Origin: Felis catus
Taxonomy: Eukaryota
Direction: 5' to 3'
DNA: 64,000 nt
NCBI RefSeq assembly: GCF_018350175.1
Contig: NC_058369.1
Coordinates: forward strand, 27,964,001 to 28,028,000
Under the pieces are notes generated by a model, which worked only from the letters and a program-made list of their open reading frames with translations, had not been told where the DNA came from and searched no databases. This document shows positions 38,870 to 52,276 of this stretch, one piece after another; positions within the stretch are counted from its first letter, which is position 1, and each line of letters begins with the position of its first letter. A program made the translations under genes and the position numbers.

Positions 38870-39670
38870 GAAGACATCCAGATGGCCAACAGGCACATGA
38901 AAAGATGCTCAACATCACTCCTCATCAGGGAAATACAAATCAAAACCACACTGAGATATCACCTCACGCCAGTCAGAGTGGCTAAAACGAACAAATCAGG
39001 AAACTATAGATGCTTGAGAGGATGTGGAGAAACGGGAACCCTCTTGCACTGTTGGTGGGAATGCAAACTGGTGCAGCTGCTCTGGAAAACAGTGTGGAGG
39101 TTCCTCAAAAAATTAAAAATAGATCTACCCTATGATTGAGTAATAGCACTGCTAGGAATTTACCCAAGGGATACAGGAGTGCTGATGCATAGGGGCACTT
39201 GGATCTCAGTGTTTATAGCAGCACTTTCAACAATAGCCAAATTATGGAAAGAGCCTAGATGTCCATCAACTGATGAATGGATAAAGAAGTTGTGGTTTAT
39301 ATACCCAATCGAATACTACGTGGCAATGAGAAGGAATGAAATATGGCCTTTTGTAGCAATGTGGATGGAAGTGGAGAGTGTTATGCCAAGTGAAATAAGT
39401 CATACAGAGAAAGACAGATACCATATGTTTTCACTCCTATGAGGATCCTGAGAAACTTAACAGAAGACCATGGGGGAGGGGAAGGGAAAAAAAAGTTAGA
39501 GAGGGAGGGAGCCAAACCATAAGAGACTCTTAAAAACTGAGAATAAACTGAGAGTTGATGGGGGATATGAGGGAGGGTAGGGTGGGTGATGGGTATTGAG
39601 GAGGGCACCTGTTGGGATGAGCACTGGGTGTTGTATGGACACCAATTTGACAATAAATTTCATATTTAAA
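38870..39670 (+). mobile_element. Young felid L1, 5'-truncated (about 0.8 kb)
   Basis: Well-preserved ORF2 C-terminus ([32 protein letters not shown]...[10 protein letters not shown]); G-rich 3' UTR; TSD aaaaagcact(t/g)ata. Confidence 0.95.
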
Positions 39671-39705
39671 AAAAGCACTGATATAAATTTCATTTAAAGA
39701 ATGAA

Positions 39706-39915
39706 TTTTTTTAATGTTTATTTTTGGGGGGGGGGAGAGAGAGAGAGCACGTGCACATGCACGCGCAGGGCAGTACAGAGAGAGAGGAGGACGGAGGACC
39801 TGAAGGGGGCTCTGCACTGACAGCAACAAGTCCCTGATGCAGGGCTCAAACTCACAAACCACAAAATCATGCCCTGAAGTCAGTGGCTTAACCCACTGAG
39901 ACACCCAGCTGCCCC
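39706..39915 (-). mobile_element. Can-SINE
   Basis: Reverse-complement SINE immediately after the L1 tail. Confidence 0.9.
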
Positions 39916-41101
39916 TAAATAATTTATATTAAAAAAAATTAACATTAAAATAAGACAACACAACAATGGCAAATTCCTTTCAGCAATCCTGATAGGTGCT
40001 TGAGTTCTAGTCCTTTCTTCCTGTGGGTTCCTGTATGTCTGTTCTCTCTAGGAGACCACTCTTTGTCTCACTGTCTTCTATTTCTTCCATTCTTCTTATG
40101 CTCCTTCCACCCTCAGGCCAGTTTTTATAGCATCAGATCACTCTTTCATACCCCTTATTGGGGCTCCAATACTACACTTAGGTATCTCACTCTTGATTCA
40201 GTATCTTTCTCCCCCACTCGATGGTAAGTTCACTGAGGGCTGGCAATGGTTCCATTGTATTCACCATCCAATCCCCAGCTCCAAATACCCAGCACCTGGG
40301 ATATATTTTGCAAACTATGTATCAGTCACCCAATGAATATATGAGGAAGGATGAACAAAAAACCTTTACCTGAATACTTGCCTAAGAATATATCTTACAT
40401 ACAGTACGAGCAAAATAAATTTAACAATTATCATGTGGGTACATCCATTTAAATGTCCTATTTCCCTTTGTGCATTTGAGAATAGTCATCATCAGCTATG
40501 TTTAAAATGGTTGGATTTTATGGAAACAAACATATATAACAAAAATATATCCATAACAACAAGTATTTCCAAAATTAAGGCAATAGTCCCACTATTTAAA
40601 ATAAGTTAAGAAAAGCACAAATCTTTTAGTACAACGAATAGGCAGTCTCTTGGAGTCTACTGGAATGAGTCTAGGAATTTTAGGTCTAGCAGAGACAAGC
40701 AAGAGAGAGATTACAAGTATGCATACAGCAGGCCTGAGAGCCCAGCCAGCAGACATGGCCCAGCCCTGCCAAGTCTAAGTACTAAAGACCTAAATGAAAA
40801 TACTTAATTTTCAAATTGAGCATGGATGATTGTAACTAAAATGGGCTTAAAAACTGCTTTCATTAGAAAAGGCCCATAACTTTACTTGAAGGAAAAAAAA
40901 AAATCTGTTGTATTTTGCATTCCCAAATAGAATTATATTAGAGTAACAAAATAAATTTCCCATATACATGTAATTATAAAAGAGAGAGAGCATAGCAAGG
41001 AAGAGAAAGATCCTTTTCTTTCACTTAACAGGGTAAGAATTTCACCTTTTACTTAAATCTTCCTGATGGCTCCATTTTAACGATTTCAGTTTATTAACGT
41101 G

Positions 41102-41576
41102 TGATAGCTGAAACTAACAATTTCATGTTCCTTTGTGAAAATTCTCAAACTAAGCATTGTCTTATTCCTCTGTTCATTATTACTGACAACAAATAAAAAC
41201 AACTTAGCTATCTGTTCTGGGAAATATGTGCTCCTGGAACAATAATCCGTGAACTAACTAAAATAGTTTATTTCGCAAGGTGATCAGTTTACTCATCAAG
41301 GCTACTTTAACACCCACCCTCCCCTTTCTATCACATCAACACAAAGCTGTTTTGTCCCAAACTCTAAACTCCAGTTTCCTGACTTGCAACACCTGTGTTA
41401 AAATCACTGGGTTCAAACCCCAAGCTTAATAAATGCACTCCCTTAATTTTCCTATTTTGAGAATCTACTCAAATTCTGTCAAAGTGGTACATCCCTTACT
41501 GCGTTAGTTCTAAAAGTGTAGCTTTGCTTCATCAATAGGTTTTTCTGGCAGTCTTTTCAAAAACTGGCAGTCAACA
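41102..41576 (+). mobile_element. ERV1 solo LTR (MER110-like)
   Basis: TG...CA ends; 5' 'tgatagctgaaactaacaat...aaaattctcaaact' and 3' 'agctttgcttcatcaataggtttttctggcagtc...cagtcaaca' resemble recalled MER110. Confidence 0.7.
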
Positions 41577-42306
41577 TTTATCTTATGCCCTACTAAAAAG
41601 AAAATTCTTTGAGTTCACACATGTCATATTGTCTTGGTTGCTACTATATAACTGTGACTAGCATAGTTGCTGGCACATAGTATGTGACTGATAAATTCAT
41701 ACTTAGGAAGGAAGGTAGTCTGAGTAATCTTGTTCTATTGGGTTATAGAGAGTCCAAGTCCTTACCAAGGAAAGCCAGTAACCCAAACTAAACTAACAGA
41801 CATACTCTGTTCTCATCCAGTATCTCAGTATCAATCCTAAAGTTGCTGTGTATAAAGGCTTGCAATCTGTGGTTTTGAAACTGGACACCTACTTATGTGT
41901 GTACACATCTAGTTCCTACAAATTAAAAGGCAAGGCAGTAATTAATGTCCTCCTAGATGACTATCAAGGTAGGTTTAAGCAATAGTCTGGAGAGAATTAT
42001 TATGTTTTAGACTCCAAAGCCCCCTGAGAAACATAGAAACAGCCCAAAAGATGCATGCTAAAACATCTTGCTTATTTTGTGAGAAGACCACGCATTCATA
42101 CAGATGTTTTCTTCATGACTGAGAAAAAGAATAATAATAATGCAAAGCATACTTGGGTACTCAGAGCCCAAGAGAATCTTGTCTGAGAGTCTACAAGATG
42201 TAAAACTGGTGAGAGAGCCTTTTCAGCAAATGGAGATGCCCCAACAGTGTTTATGTAACAACTAAACAAGGTGAATCACAAAATAATTTTTAAACTCCTA
42301 TTTCAT

Positions 42307-42600
42307 GATGCACCTGGGTGGCTCAGTTGGTGAAGCATCTGACTCTTGATCTTGGCTCAGATCATGATCTCACAGTTCATGAAATTGAGTCCCACATCTG
42401 GCTCTGTGCTGACAGAGCAGAGCCTACTTGGTATCCTCTTGTCTCCCCCTCTCTCTGCCCCTCCCCCACTTGTGCTCTTTCCCTTCCTTCCTTCCTGCCT
42501 TCCTTCCTTCCTTTCTTCCTTCCTTTCTTTCTCTCCCTCCCTCCCTCTCTCTCTCTCTCTTTCTCTCTCTCTTAAAATAAAGAAACATTTAAAAAAAAAA
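42307..42600 (+). mobile_element. Can-SINE with expanded CCTT/CT tract
   Basis: SINE body followed by about 100 bp of pyrimidine repeats and an A tail. Confidence 0.92.
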
Positions 42601-43284
42601 CGCAACTGTTATTTAAAATGTACAAAAGGTTCAGTACCTAAAACTTGTATTTACTTAGAAAAAAATCTTAGTGGCTTCTTAAACCCCTGCTGATTGGTGG
42701 TGGGAGAGAAATTAGTGAAAACATAAGAAAATGTCAATTTATGTATTAACATGACTAAAAATTTCTGGGTTTGTCTATCAACCATTTGAATGAAAATTTC
42801 TTGGGATGGACACGTCAGGAATTGGAAGCCATCATTGCCATTCCCCGCCCCCCCAAAAAGTGAACCAACCAAAAAATCAATCACTTTATTTTTAGAACCA
42901 TCAGAGAATTGAGGTTACAGAGCAAGCCACCACCCCACAATCTGCAGACATAGGAGAATACAAAGAATCAGAGACACGGTCAGCTTACCTGAAGCTAAAG
43001 CAGAAGGAGCTAGTAACTAAGAGGAACACAGAAATGGTAACTTCAACAAACTGCTGGAGGCTCAATAAGAACTAGCTTGAGAGTTAAAAACTCCTAGGGG
43101 CCCAGTCTTAGGACAGACCCCACACTTTTGGTGGCTTTACCTCTAGGAACACTACCATGTTTTAATGATGAAGATTGGAGGGAAAAATCCTGTCAGGGAG
43201 GGGAAAATAACTGTTTTTGAAAGTTTCCCAGGTTGTTTTCATAACAAAGGCCTGCTCCTACGAAATATATTTTACCAGAGTTTT

Positions 43285-43508
43285 TTTTTTTTTTAATTTT
43301 TTTTCAACGTTTATTTTATTTTTGGGACAGAGAGAGACAGAGCATGCACGGGGGAGGGGCAGAGAGAGAGGGAGACACAGAATAGGAAACAGGCTCTAGG
43401 CTCTGAGCCATCAGCCCAGAGCCCAACGCAGGGCTCGAACCCACGGACCGCGAGATCGTGACCTGGCTGAAGTCGGACGCTTAACCGACTGCGCCACCCA
43501 GGCGCCCC
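43285..43508 (-). mobile_element. Young felid Can-SINE (SINEC_Fc-like)
   Basis: Intact reverse copy; TSD tttaccagagtttt. Confidence 0.97.
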
Positions 43509-44046
43509 ATACTTTACCAGAGTTTTATCTGAACTTAGGGAAAAAAACATTTAGCCAATTCTGATCCTTTCTACTTTTTCTGACTCATCATAGGAGACAA
43601 AACAGGGAAGGAAAGAAAAGAACGGAAAGGCAAGGCAAGGCAAGGCAAGGCAGCAGGGTAGGAGGGAGGCAGGGAGGAAGAGAGGGAAGGAGGGAGGGAG
43701 GAAGGGAGGAAGGAAAAGATTATGAGATACTTCTAAAGATCACAGCCCAGGGAATCAGACTCCCTAACAAATGAGATATGATTATAACATTATAGAATAG
43801 TATCCATCCTCAATACCTCTTATCACTAGATGAACAGGGCTTTAGTAAAACAATGAAATTGTAACTTTAGAATAACAATGGATTATAACTTATAGTATAA
43901 CAATGGTTTATAGTTATTATAAATGGACTCCATTTACAAATGATTTCTTAAGGAAACCCAGAGAAAACATGGGAGAAAAAATACATCTACAACAAACATT
44001 AAACACAATCCAGTTCCTAGACATATTACTATAAAAGCTCCCAATA

Positions 44047-44252
44047 GGGGCACCTGGGTGGCTCAGTCCGATAGGCATCTGACTTCAGCTCAGGTCATGA
44101 TCTCCTGGTTCCTGAGTTCGAGCCCTGCATTGGGCTCTGTGTTGACAAGCTCAGACCCTGGAGCCTGCTTTGGATTCTGTGTCTCCCTCTCTCTCTCTGC
44201 CCTTCCCCTGCTCACACTCTGTCTCTCTCTTTAAAATAAAACATTAAAAAAT
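44047..44252 (+). mobile_element. Can-SINE
   Basis: SINE head, body and tail. Confidence 0.93.
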
Positions 44253-45622
44253 AGTTTTAAAAAACTCACAAAAGCCTAATAACCTCAGCTCTTACAATCT
44301 GAGATATCATTTCCTGCTTTCACCAACAACATAATCACAAGACACACTAAAGGCAAGGAAAAAACACAGTCTAAAAAGACAAAGCAAGCATCAGAAGTAG
44401 ACTCAGATATGAGAAAGGTTTTGGAATTATCAGGTAAGGAATTAAACTTTGGTTAATATGTTAAGGGCTCTACTAGAAAAGCAGACATGCAGGAACAGAC
44501 AGGTAATATAAGCAGAAAAATGGAAATTCAAAGAAAGAATCAAAAGGAAATGCTAGAAATCAACAACACTGTTACAGAAGTGAAGAATGCCTTTGATAGG
44601 CTCATTAGTAAACAGAACAGGGCCAAGGAAAAAATCAGTGAGATTTAAGACATGTCAATAGAAACCTCTCCAAAGTGAAATGCAGGAAAAAAAAAAAATA
44701 GAACAGAACATTCAAGAACTGTGAGACAATTTTTAAAAAGCGTAATGAGAATACCAAAAGTGAAGAGACAGAGAGAAAGCACACAATATTTGATGTATTT
44801 GATGTAATGATTGCTGAAAAATTTGCAAAATGACAGATATCACATCACAGATCCAGGAAGCCTAGAGACCACCAAGCATAATAAATTCTAAAATACCTAC
44901 ATCTAGGCATATTATATTTAAACGGAAAAAAAGACCACAAACAAATAGAAAACCATGAAAGCATCTAGAGGACAAATATTACTTTTCTGCAGAGAGCTTG
45001 TCTGACTTCTTGCAATAAATAATGCAAGCAAAAGGGGAATGCAGTGAAAGATTTAAAGTTCTGGAACAAAAAATCTCCAATCTCTAATTCTGTACTCAAA
45101 AAATTATCATTCAAAAGCAAAGGAGAAACAAAGGGTTTCTAAGACAACCAAGAAATAAAGGATTTCTCACCAGTAGATTCACGTCGCAAATGTTAAAAGA
45201 TCTTCAGAGATGGAAAATGGCACAGAAACGTTAACTACATAAAGGAAGGAAAAGCATCAGAGTTCAAAATAAGATCTTTTGTTTCTCTTAATCAGAGTTA
45301 ATTTAATACGGTACTGCTCAAAGTAATCAAAACATTTTACTGGATGATTACAGCATGAGCATAAAATAAACAAGTGAGAACAATTTCATAAAGGAAGAGA
45401 GAGAGAAATAGAGAATACTGTTATACAGTATCTGTACTACCATCGAGCACTATAATTTTATTTGAAAGTGGACTTAAATTAGTTGTAAGTTGATAATGAA
45501 AACATAAGAGCAAACACTAAACCATTTTTTAACCATAATTGATACGCTAATTACAGGAGAGAAAATGGAATCATACAAAATCCTCACTTAAGACAAGAGA
45601 AGATTTAAAAATAAATGAAGTA

Positions 45623-45815
45623 GGGGCACCTGGGTGGCTCAATTGGTTGAAAGCCCAACTTCAGCTCAGGTCACGCACTAATAGTCTGTGAGTTCGAGCC
45701 CTGCATCAGACTCACTGCCATCAGCCAGAGCCCACTTGATATTCTCTGCACACCGCCGTCTCTCTGCCTTTCCCCACTCATCCTCCCTCAAAAATAAATA
45801 AACCTTTCAAAAAAG
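45623..45815 (+). mobile_element. Can-SINE
   Basis: SINE head, body and tail; approximate TSD aaatgaag. Confidence 0.9.
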
Positions 45816-47007
45816 AAGGAAGAAGAAAGAAATGAAGAACAAGGGCAAGAAATAGAGAACAGTTACAAACCTGGTAGGTATTAATCTAACTGTATCACTA
45901 ATCATTTTAAATGTAAATGGTTTAATGACACAAATAAAAAATACACTGCCAGAGTAGATTAAAAAAAACAAGAACCAAGACTCAACCATAAGCTGTGTAC
46001 AAGTAATCTACTTCAAATACGATGACACAGATATATTAAAAGTAAAGAAATGTAGAAAGATATACTATGCTAACAGTGATCTCAAGAAAGGTGGAATAGC
46101 TGTAATAATATCAGACAAAACAGGCTTTAAAACCAAGACAATTATCGGGGATAAAGAGGAGCATTACTTAATGATAAAGAGGTCAGTACTCCAAAATAAA
46201 CAATGAGGTGGTCCTGAATGTGTGCATCCGAAAACAGAGCCTCAAAATACATACGGCAAAAAGTAACAGAAATGTAGAGAAAAACAGAAAACCCCACTCT
46301 TATGAATGGAGACTTCAACAACCCGCTGTTAATAATTGATAGATTCAGCAGGTAGAAAGTAAGTCCATGGTTGAACTGAACAGTGGCATTGATCATCCGG
46401 ATCTAACAACCATATATGGAATTCTTCCTTCAACAACAGCTGAATTACACATTCTTCTCAAACTCACATAGAATATTCACCACGACAGATCACATCCTAA
46501 GCCATAAAACACATCTTAACAAAATTAAAAGAATGGCAATTGTACAATGTCTGCTCTTAAATCACACTGGAAGTAAAGTGGAAATCAATAATAGAAACAT
46601 TGGTGGAAAACTCCACAATAATTGGAGATTAAACATCACATTTCTACATTTTACATGAGTCAAACACCTAGTCTCAAGAGAAATGTCCAAATACTTTGAA
46701 CTAAATATAAATGAAAATACAACTTACCAAATTTTGTGGAATACAAAAACAGTACTTAGTAAGAAATATATAGCATTGAATACATATATTTGAAAAAAGA
46801 AAGGTCTAACAATTAATAATCTAAACTCTCACCTTAGAGAACCAAGATAGAACCGCAAATGAAACCTAGAGCAAAATCAGAAGAATAAAAATTTGAGCAG
46901 AAATCAAATAAATTGAAAACAATAAAGCAATTAGAGAAGATCAACAAAGCCAAAAGCTGGTCCTTTAAAAAGCTCAATAAAATTAATAAGCCTCCAGCCA
47001 AATCAAG

Positions 47008-47010
<3 letters not shown>

Positions 47011-47060
<50 letters not shown>
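47011..47060. repeat. (AG)25 microsatellite
   Basis: Read directly from the sequence. Confidence 0.97.
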
Positions 47061-47064
<4 letters not shown>

Positions 47065-47092
47065 CACATTACTGATATTAGAAATAAAAAAA

Positions 47093-47190
47093 GGGCACCT
47101 GGTAGGCTCAGTCAGAGGAGTATGTGACTCTTGATCTCAGGGGCATGAGTTTGAGATCACAATGGGGTATAGAGATTACTTAAAGAAATA
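47093..47190 (+). mobile_element. Short old Can-SINE (tRNA-like head only type)
   Basis: 'gggcacctggtaggctcagtcagaggagtatgtgactcttgatctcagggg...tagagattacttaaag'. Confidence 0.8.
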
Positions 47191-48149
47191 CAAGAGAGAT
47201 CATTGCTACTGATCTCATGGATACTCAAAAGATAACACAAGAACATTATGAACAACTCTGATCTCAAACTTGGTAGCCTCGATAAACTGAACCAACTCCT
47301 TAAAAGAAACAAACTACCACAACTCATACAAAAAGAAATACAGTGTGTGAATAGGTCTGTATCCATTCAAGAAATTGGGTCAATAAATAATGACCTTCCA
47401 AAAGAGGAGGCATCAGGCCCAGAAAGTTTCACTAGTGAATTCATTTAAAGGGACAAATTATACCAATTTCCTAAGTCAATTTTAGAGAAAAAGAAATAGA
47501 GGGAACACTTCCTAAGTCATTCTGCAATGCTAGAATTACCCTAATACCTAAATCATATAAAGATATTACCAGAAAGGTAAACTAGAAATCAGTATCAGTC
47601 ATGAACAGAGATGTAAAAATTTTCAACAGTTTTAGGAAATCAAATCCACAAGGTATAAAAATAATTATACAGCATGACTAAGTAAAATTTATTCCAGTCA
47701 CACACAGCTGGTCAAACATTCCAAAATCAATTAATGTTATCCAGCCTATCCATCAGTTATAGAAGAAAAAAACCTGTGATAGCAATAAATATAGAAAAAA
47801 CCTTGGGAAAATGTTTTATTTATAATAAAAAATCACAGCAAACTAGGAGCAGCATTAATTTCCTCAACTAGATGAAAAAAATCTACAAAACATACAAGTA
47901 ACATAATATCAAACCTAATGGTGAGAAACTACATACTTAATTCTTAACATCACTGCAATTGGTTGAATAATGGGCAAAGATATCAAGTCTTAATTCTTAA
48001 AACTTCTAAGTGTTAGCTTACTTGGGGTAAAAAATAAATGAGAAACAGACACACCAACAGACAGACTTTTGGAGCCATAAGATTTAGAAATTAGGAGTTT
48101 ACCCTGGATTATTTGAGTGGGCCCTAAATGCCATTCAAAATATCCTTAC

Positions 48150-48940
48150 ATCCCTTTGAATTAGTATTTTGTATTCTTGGGGTTAATACCTAGTAGTGCA
48201 ATTGGTAGATTGTAGTTCTATTTTTAACTTTTTGAGAACCTTCATACTGTTTTGCAGAGTGGCTATAGCAGTTTACATTCCTACCAACACTGTAAACGGG
48301 TTCCCCTTTCTCCGCATCCTTGTCAACACCTGTTGTTTCTATTATTTCCTCAAAGAATACAAAAATACTAATTCTAAGAGATACATACACCCTGATATAT
48401 ATATATATATATATATATCAGGGTGTATGTATCTCTTAGAATATATATATATATATATATATATCAGCATTATCAACAATAGCCAAATTATGGAAAGAAC
48501 CCAAAAGTCCTTCTACTGATGAATGGATAAAGAAGATGTGGTATCTACCTATATAGAATGGAACATTAGTCATGAAAACTACTGAAATCTTGTCATTTGC
48601 AATAACATGGATGGAGCTAGAAAATATTATGCTATGCAAAAGAAGTCGGAGAAAAATACCAAATTATTTCATTCATATATGAAATTTAAGAAACAAATCA
48701 AATGATCACAGGGGAATAAAAGAAAGAGGGAAACCAAGAAACAGACTCATAATTATAGAGAACATACTGATGGTTATCAGAGAGGAGGTGGGTGGGGAAT
48801 GGATTAAAGAGGTGATGGGGATTGAGAAGTGCAGTTGTTACAATGAGCACCAGGGGATGTATTTAAGTGTTGAGTCACTAAATTGTACACCTGCAACAAA
48901 TATTACACCATATGTTAACTAACTGGAATTTAAACAAAAG
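48150..48940 (+). mobile_element. Carnivore L1 3' fragment with 5' inversion (about 48150-48339 antisense, 48340-48940 sense)
   Basis: Antisense L1 segment abutting a sense L1 3' end, the typical twin-priming structure. Confidence 0.88.
48371..48442. repeat. Perfect 72-bp palindrome (24-bp arms around (AT)12)
   Basis: attctaagagatacatacaccctg-(AT)12-cagggtgtatgtatctcttagaat. Confidence 0.97.
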
Positions 48941-48954
48941 CTCTCTCTCGCGCG

Positions 48955-49016
<62 letters not shown>
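48941..49016. repeat. Compound microsatellite (CT)4(CG)5(CT)18(AT)11
   Basis: Read directly from the sequence. Confidence 0.96.
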
Positions 49017-50317
49017 CATTATAAGGGAGAAGGAAAATAACACAGATACACATAGAGAAGCCAGTGTGATCAAGACACAGAGACTGAACTAATGCAGTCA
49101 CAATCTTAAGACATGCCTGGAGTCATCAGGAGTTGGAAGAAACAAAAAATGGATTTTCCCCTAGAGTCCTGATGCGAGGGCAGACCTGCTAACACCTTGA
49201 ATCTGGACTTCTGGCCTCCAAAACCCTGAGACAATAAACTGTTATTGTCTTGACCACCATTCTGCAGTAACTTGTTACCACACTCACAAAAAACTAATGC
49301 TACTGGGAACAAAGCAAGTTTATGCCCTTCTCAACACTCCTATTCAACATTATACTGGAAGTCTTAGATAATACGATAAACCAAGAAAACAGAAGAAAAG
49401 GTACACATAAAAACTGTCTGTGTTCTGAGATGCAATGATTGTCTGTGTAGAAAATACCAAATAACTAATGAAAAACACTTTTCTGGAATAAACGACTGTA
49501 GCAATGTGGCAGAGTAAAGGTTAACATAAAGTCATCAATTGCCTCCCCTAATACCAGCAAAGAACAATTGGAACTTGTATTTAAAACACAATGACATTTA
49601 TGTTAGTACAAATCAAATACTTAGGTATAAATCTAATAAAATACACATAGGATCTTTATGAGAAAGAAGGCAAAACTCTGATGAAAGAAATTAAAGAAGA
49701 TCTAACTAAACAAATATTCCATGTTCACGGACAGGAAGAGTTTACTAAATTTTAAGGAAAGAAAGAAAAACAAAGAGAAGAAAACAAAAAAGAAAAGCAC
49801 ATCTAAAAACTTACTTGGGATGCTCTCTGGGAACAGTCTCTAGAAACCAGAAACCCCTAATTCAAGCAGCTAGTAACAATCTCAGAGCTGTTAAGATTTC
49901 AGTCCATGGCTTTAAGTATACAGAGCCCCAAGGTGGATACAACAGGCAGTTTCAAACACGTTGAGTTCCAAGAATAGGGCTTGAATTTGAAACAAATAGA
50001 GGATAGCTCGATGTTCAGAAGTGATGGATGGCAGAGCCAAACTTGTTCAGGAGCAAGATATCCCCCACGAAGAAAGACTTTAGAAGGTGCACAGAGGTAT
50101 AAATATGGCCTTGGTTTAGGTTCTTTAGTGACAAACAAATGTCTGATGGATTTCACAAGCACACCAAAATTCCCTTCACTAGAGATATGGAAAGAATTTA
50201 TATATAAGAGTGAATAAAAGAGAAAATGTGTGTGTGTGTTTATAATATTAGAAGATGCTCAGCTTTGCTCCTTCAACTCTTTCAGGCCTAATATTTTTAT
50301 TGAAATACACACACCCA

Positions 50318-50390
50318 TACAGACAGATATATAGATAGATAGATATAGATATATAGATATAGATACAGATACAGATATAGATATAGATAT
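50318..50390. repeat. GATA/GATATA/GATACA simple repeat
   Basis: Read directly from the sequence. Confidence 0.9.
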
Positions 50391-52276
50391 TTCACACATC
50401 CTAAAATTTATCCTTTCAAAGTTTTAAATGTAATGGCTTTATGTATCCTTCACCACTACCTAACTCTAAAACCCAAATTTTGTTTTTAACACATGACTCA
50501 AATTCAGAGTACACAAAAAGACCAATCAGCTAGAGAGATGTCCTATAAGAAGAATCCTTGTTTTTTTCCCCCAAATATTTAGTCTGTGTATGAATAAGTC
50601 TATATTCTTTCTGTATTTAGGAAGGTCTATTTTCTCTCCAGCAATCATGTAGGCTGGTACTTGTTAAAGTTTCCACACAGAAGACTGTCATCCTGACCTG
50701 GGAAAAAATTAAGTGTAAAAACATATACATTTGGACTAAATAATGAAAAAGAGGTTGAGAGAAAGTGCACTGGAAGAGGCAAAAAAGGAGACTATGGGCC
50801 AAAGGTATACAATAGGGAATATAAAAAAGTTTCTAGGGCACTGCAGAAAGACAATGGATTCTAACGATTACCTTTATTAGACTCTATTGGATCAGAAGCC
50901 AATTCATTAAACATTAATGGCGGGGGAATGCCATCCATATATTATAAAGAGTCATTAAGTTGAGACAGACAGATCTGCACAGGGTCAGTATGAATTAATA
51001 AAAACAGTGAAGCTGGCATTTTAGAATCATAAAAAGACAGATTTAGTAGAAAATATTCAATAAGAATAAGGAAGAACAATATATATTACACTCTTTGTCT
51101 GAAGAACAAACTAAAAATGAGAACAAATTTACCATAAACCTAAAAATACCCTTTATGACGAAACACTTATTTCTTAAAAATGGATGTCAATTACATTTAA
51201 GAATCTTAGTTCAGTGTGTGACATTGGCAAATGGTAAATGCAAAGACAAGTGGAAAGTAGACGCTCAGGTGAAAATTAGACAAAATGTTAATGAAACCAG
51301 AATAACCTCATCAAGTACAGTCCCCAGTATATTCGACAGCAGAATTGAGATGGTTAGCAGATAAGGAGGTCTGATTTCAAATTTCTCTATTGGGCTAATT
51401 CTGGAATCTCACTGGACTGTATTTGCAAGGTAGGTCATCTAAAAAGTAACCATAATTTGTTAGTTTTACCATCATTTTCCCCAATTTAGAGAGAACTGTA
51501 TTATAAAAATCATGGTATTGGTGGCTAACTCCATCTTCACAACTAATTTTTCTCACCTTCTTTGCTCATTTACACTCATTGTTTCAGAATAATTTCAAGA
51601 AAGAATTAAGAGATTCAAATACCTTTTGTGATAGCTTAATATTCCTAAAAGAGTAACACATGGACTTCCCTAAGAATTTCATTGTGTCCGCTACTAAGAC
51701 ACAAAAATGAATATGGCCCTTGTTACAAAATATCATAAAATTGGAAATAAGGCAAAGCTAGTGGTGGTGATACATAGCATGTCCTTTCAATATCATACTG
51801 GCGTATTGTTTTAGAAGGCCACCTAAGGATTTAATTATCTAAGAGAATGCACATGTGTGTAAATTTGCTAGGTATTTTTTGATTACTGTACACCTACTAT
51901 AAAGTTATTACAGGTTAACTTGCAAATTTGTGTCTAATACAAAAAATAACCACAAAATTACCATTTTATTGTTCTGTAGGCTATTAATCAGTCTTGTGTC
52001 TAATCTAGCAATCTTCTTCACATATTCTCCCCTCTTCTTTTTTAACAAAATACTCATAAATACCCACATACCCAGGTCCTGAGAACACTCAGGGGTCTCA
52101 CTGGTTTCCTCATTAAAGACTTATTAAAACTTGTAACATAATTATTCTATATGTATAATAAAGTCCTATCTTTAACTCTTTAAAAATAATACTTTTCCTC
52201 CATCAGGCACCTGTGTAAGATTTTTTGCAAAATAAACCAACATCTTTCTCATGAATCCGTGCAAGCCAAGACTTAC

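Larger units (their letters stand above)
47954..49300 (+). mobile_element. MaLR solo LTR (MLT1C-like), split by an L1 insertion (47954-48148 and 49013-49300)
   Basis: 'ccctggattatttgagtgggccctaaatg' before the insertion and 'ggattttcccctagag...acaccttgaatctggacttctggcctcca' after it. Confidence 0.85.
42800..49745 (+). mobile_element. Old L1 (5' region, ORF1 and first half of ORF2), heavily degenerate with nested insertions
   Basis: ORF1-like 'aaagaatcaaaaggaaatgctagaaatc...gaagaatgcctttgatagg'; endonuclease remnants ('aaatgtaaatgg', 'ggagacttcaac', DHILSHKTHL, EKINKAKSWSF); resumes at about 49310 after the MaLR insert. Confidence 0.88.

Noticed and set aside
38882..39442. L1 ORF2-like peptides as a functional gene
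   Set aside because: 5'-truncated, stop-interrupted L1 remnant; the same applies to ORFs in 18.8-20, 24.5-26, 45.8-47.5 and 60-63 kb
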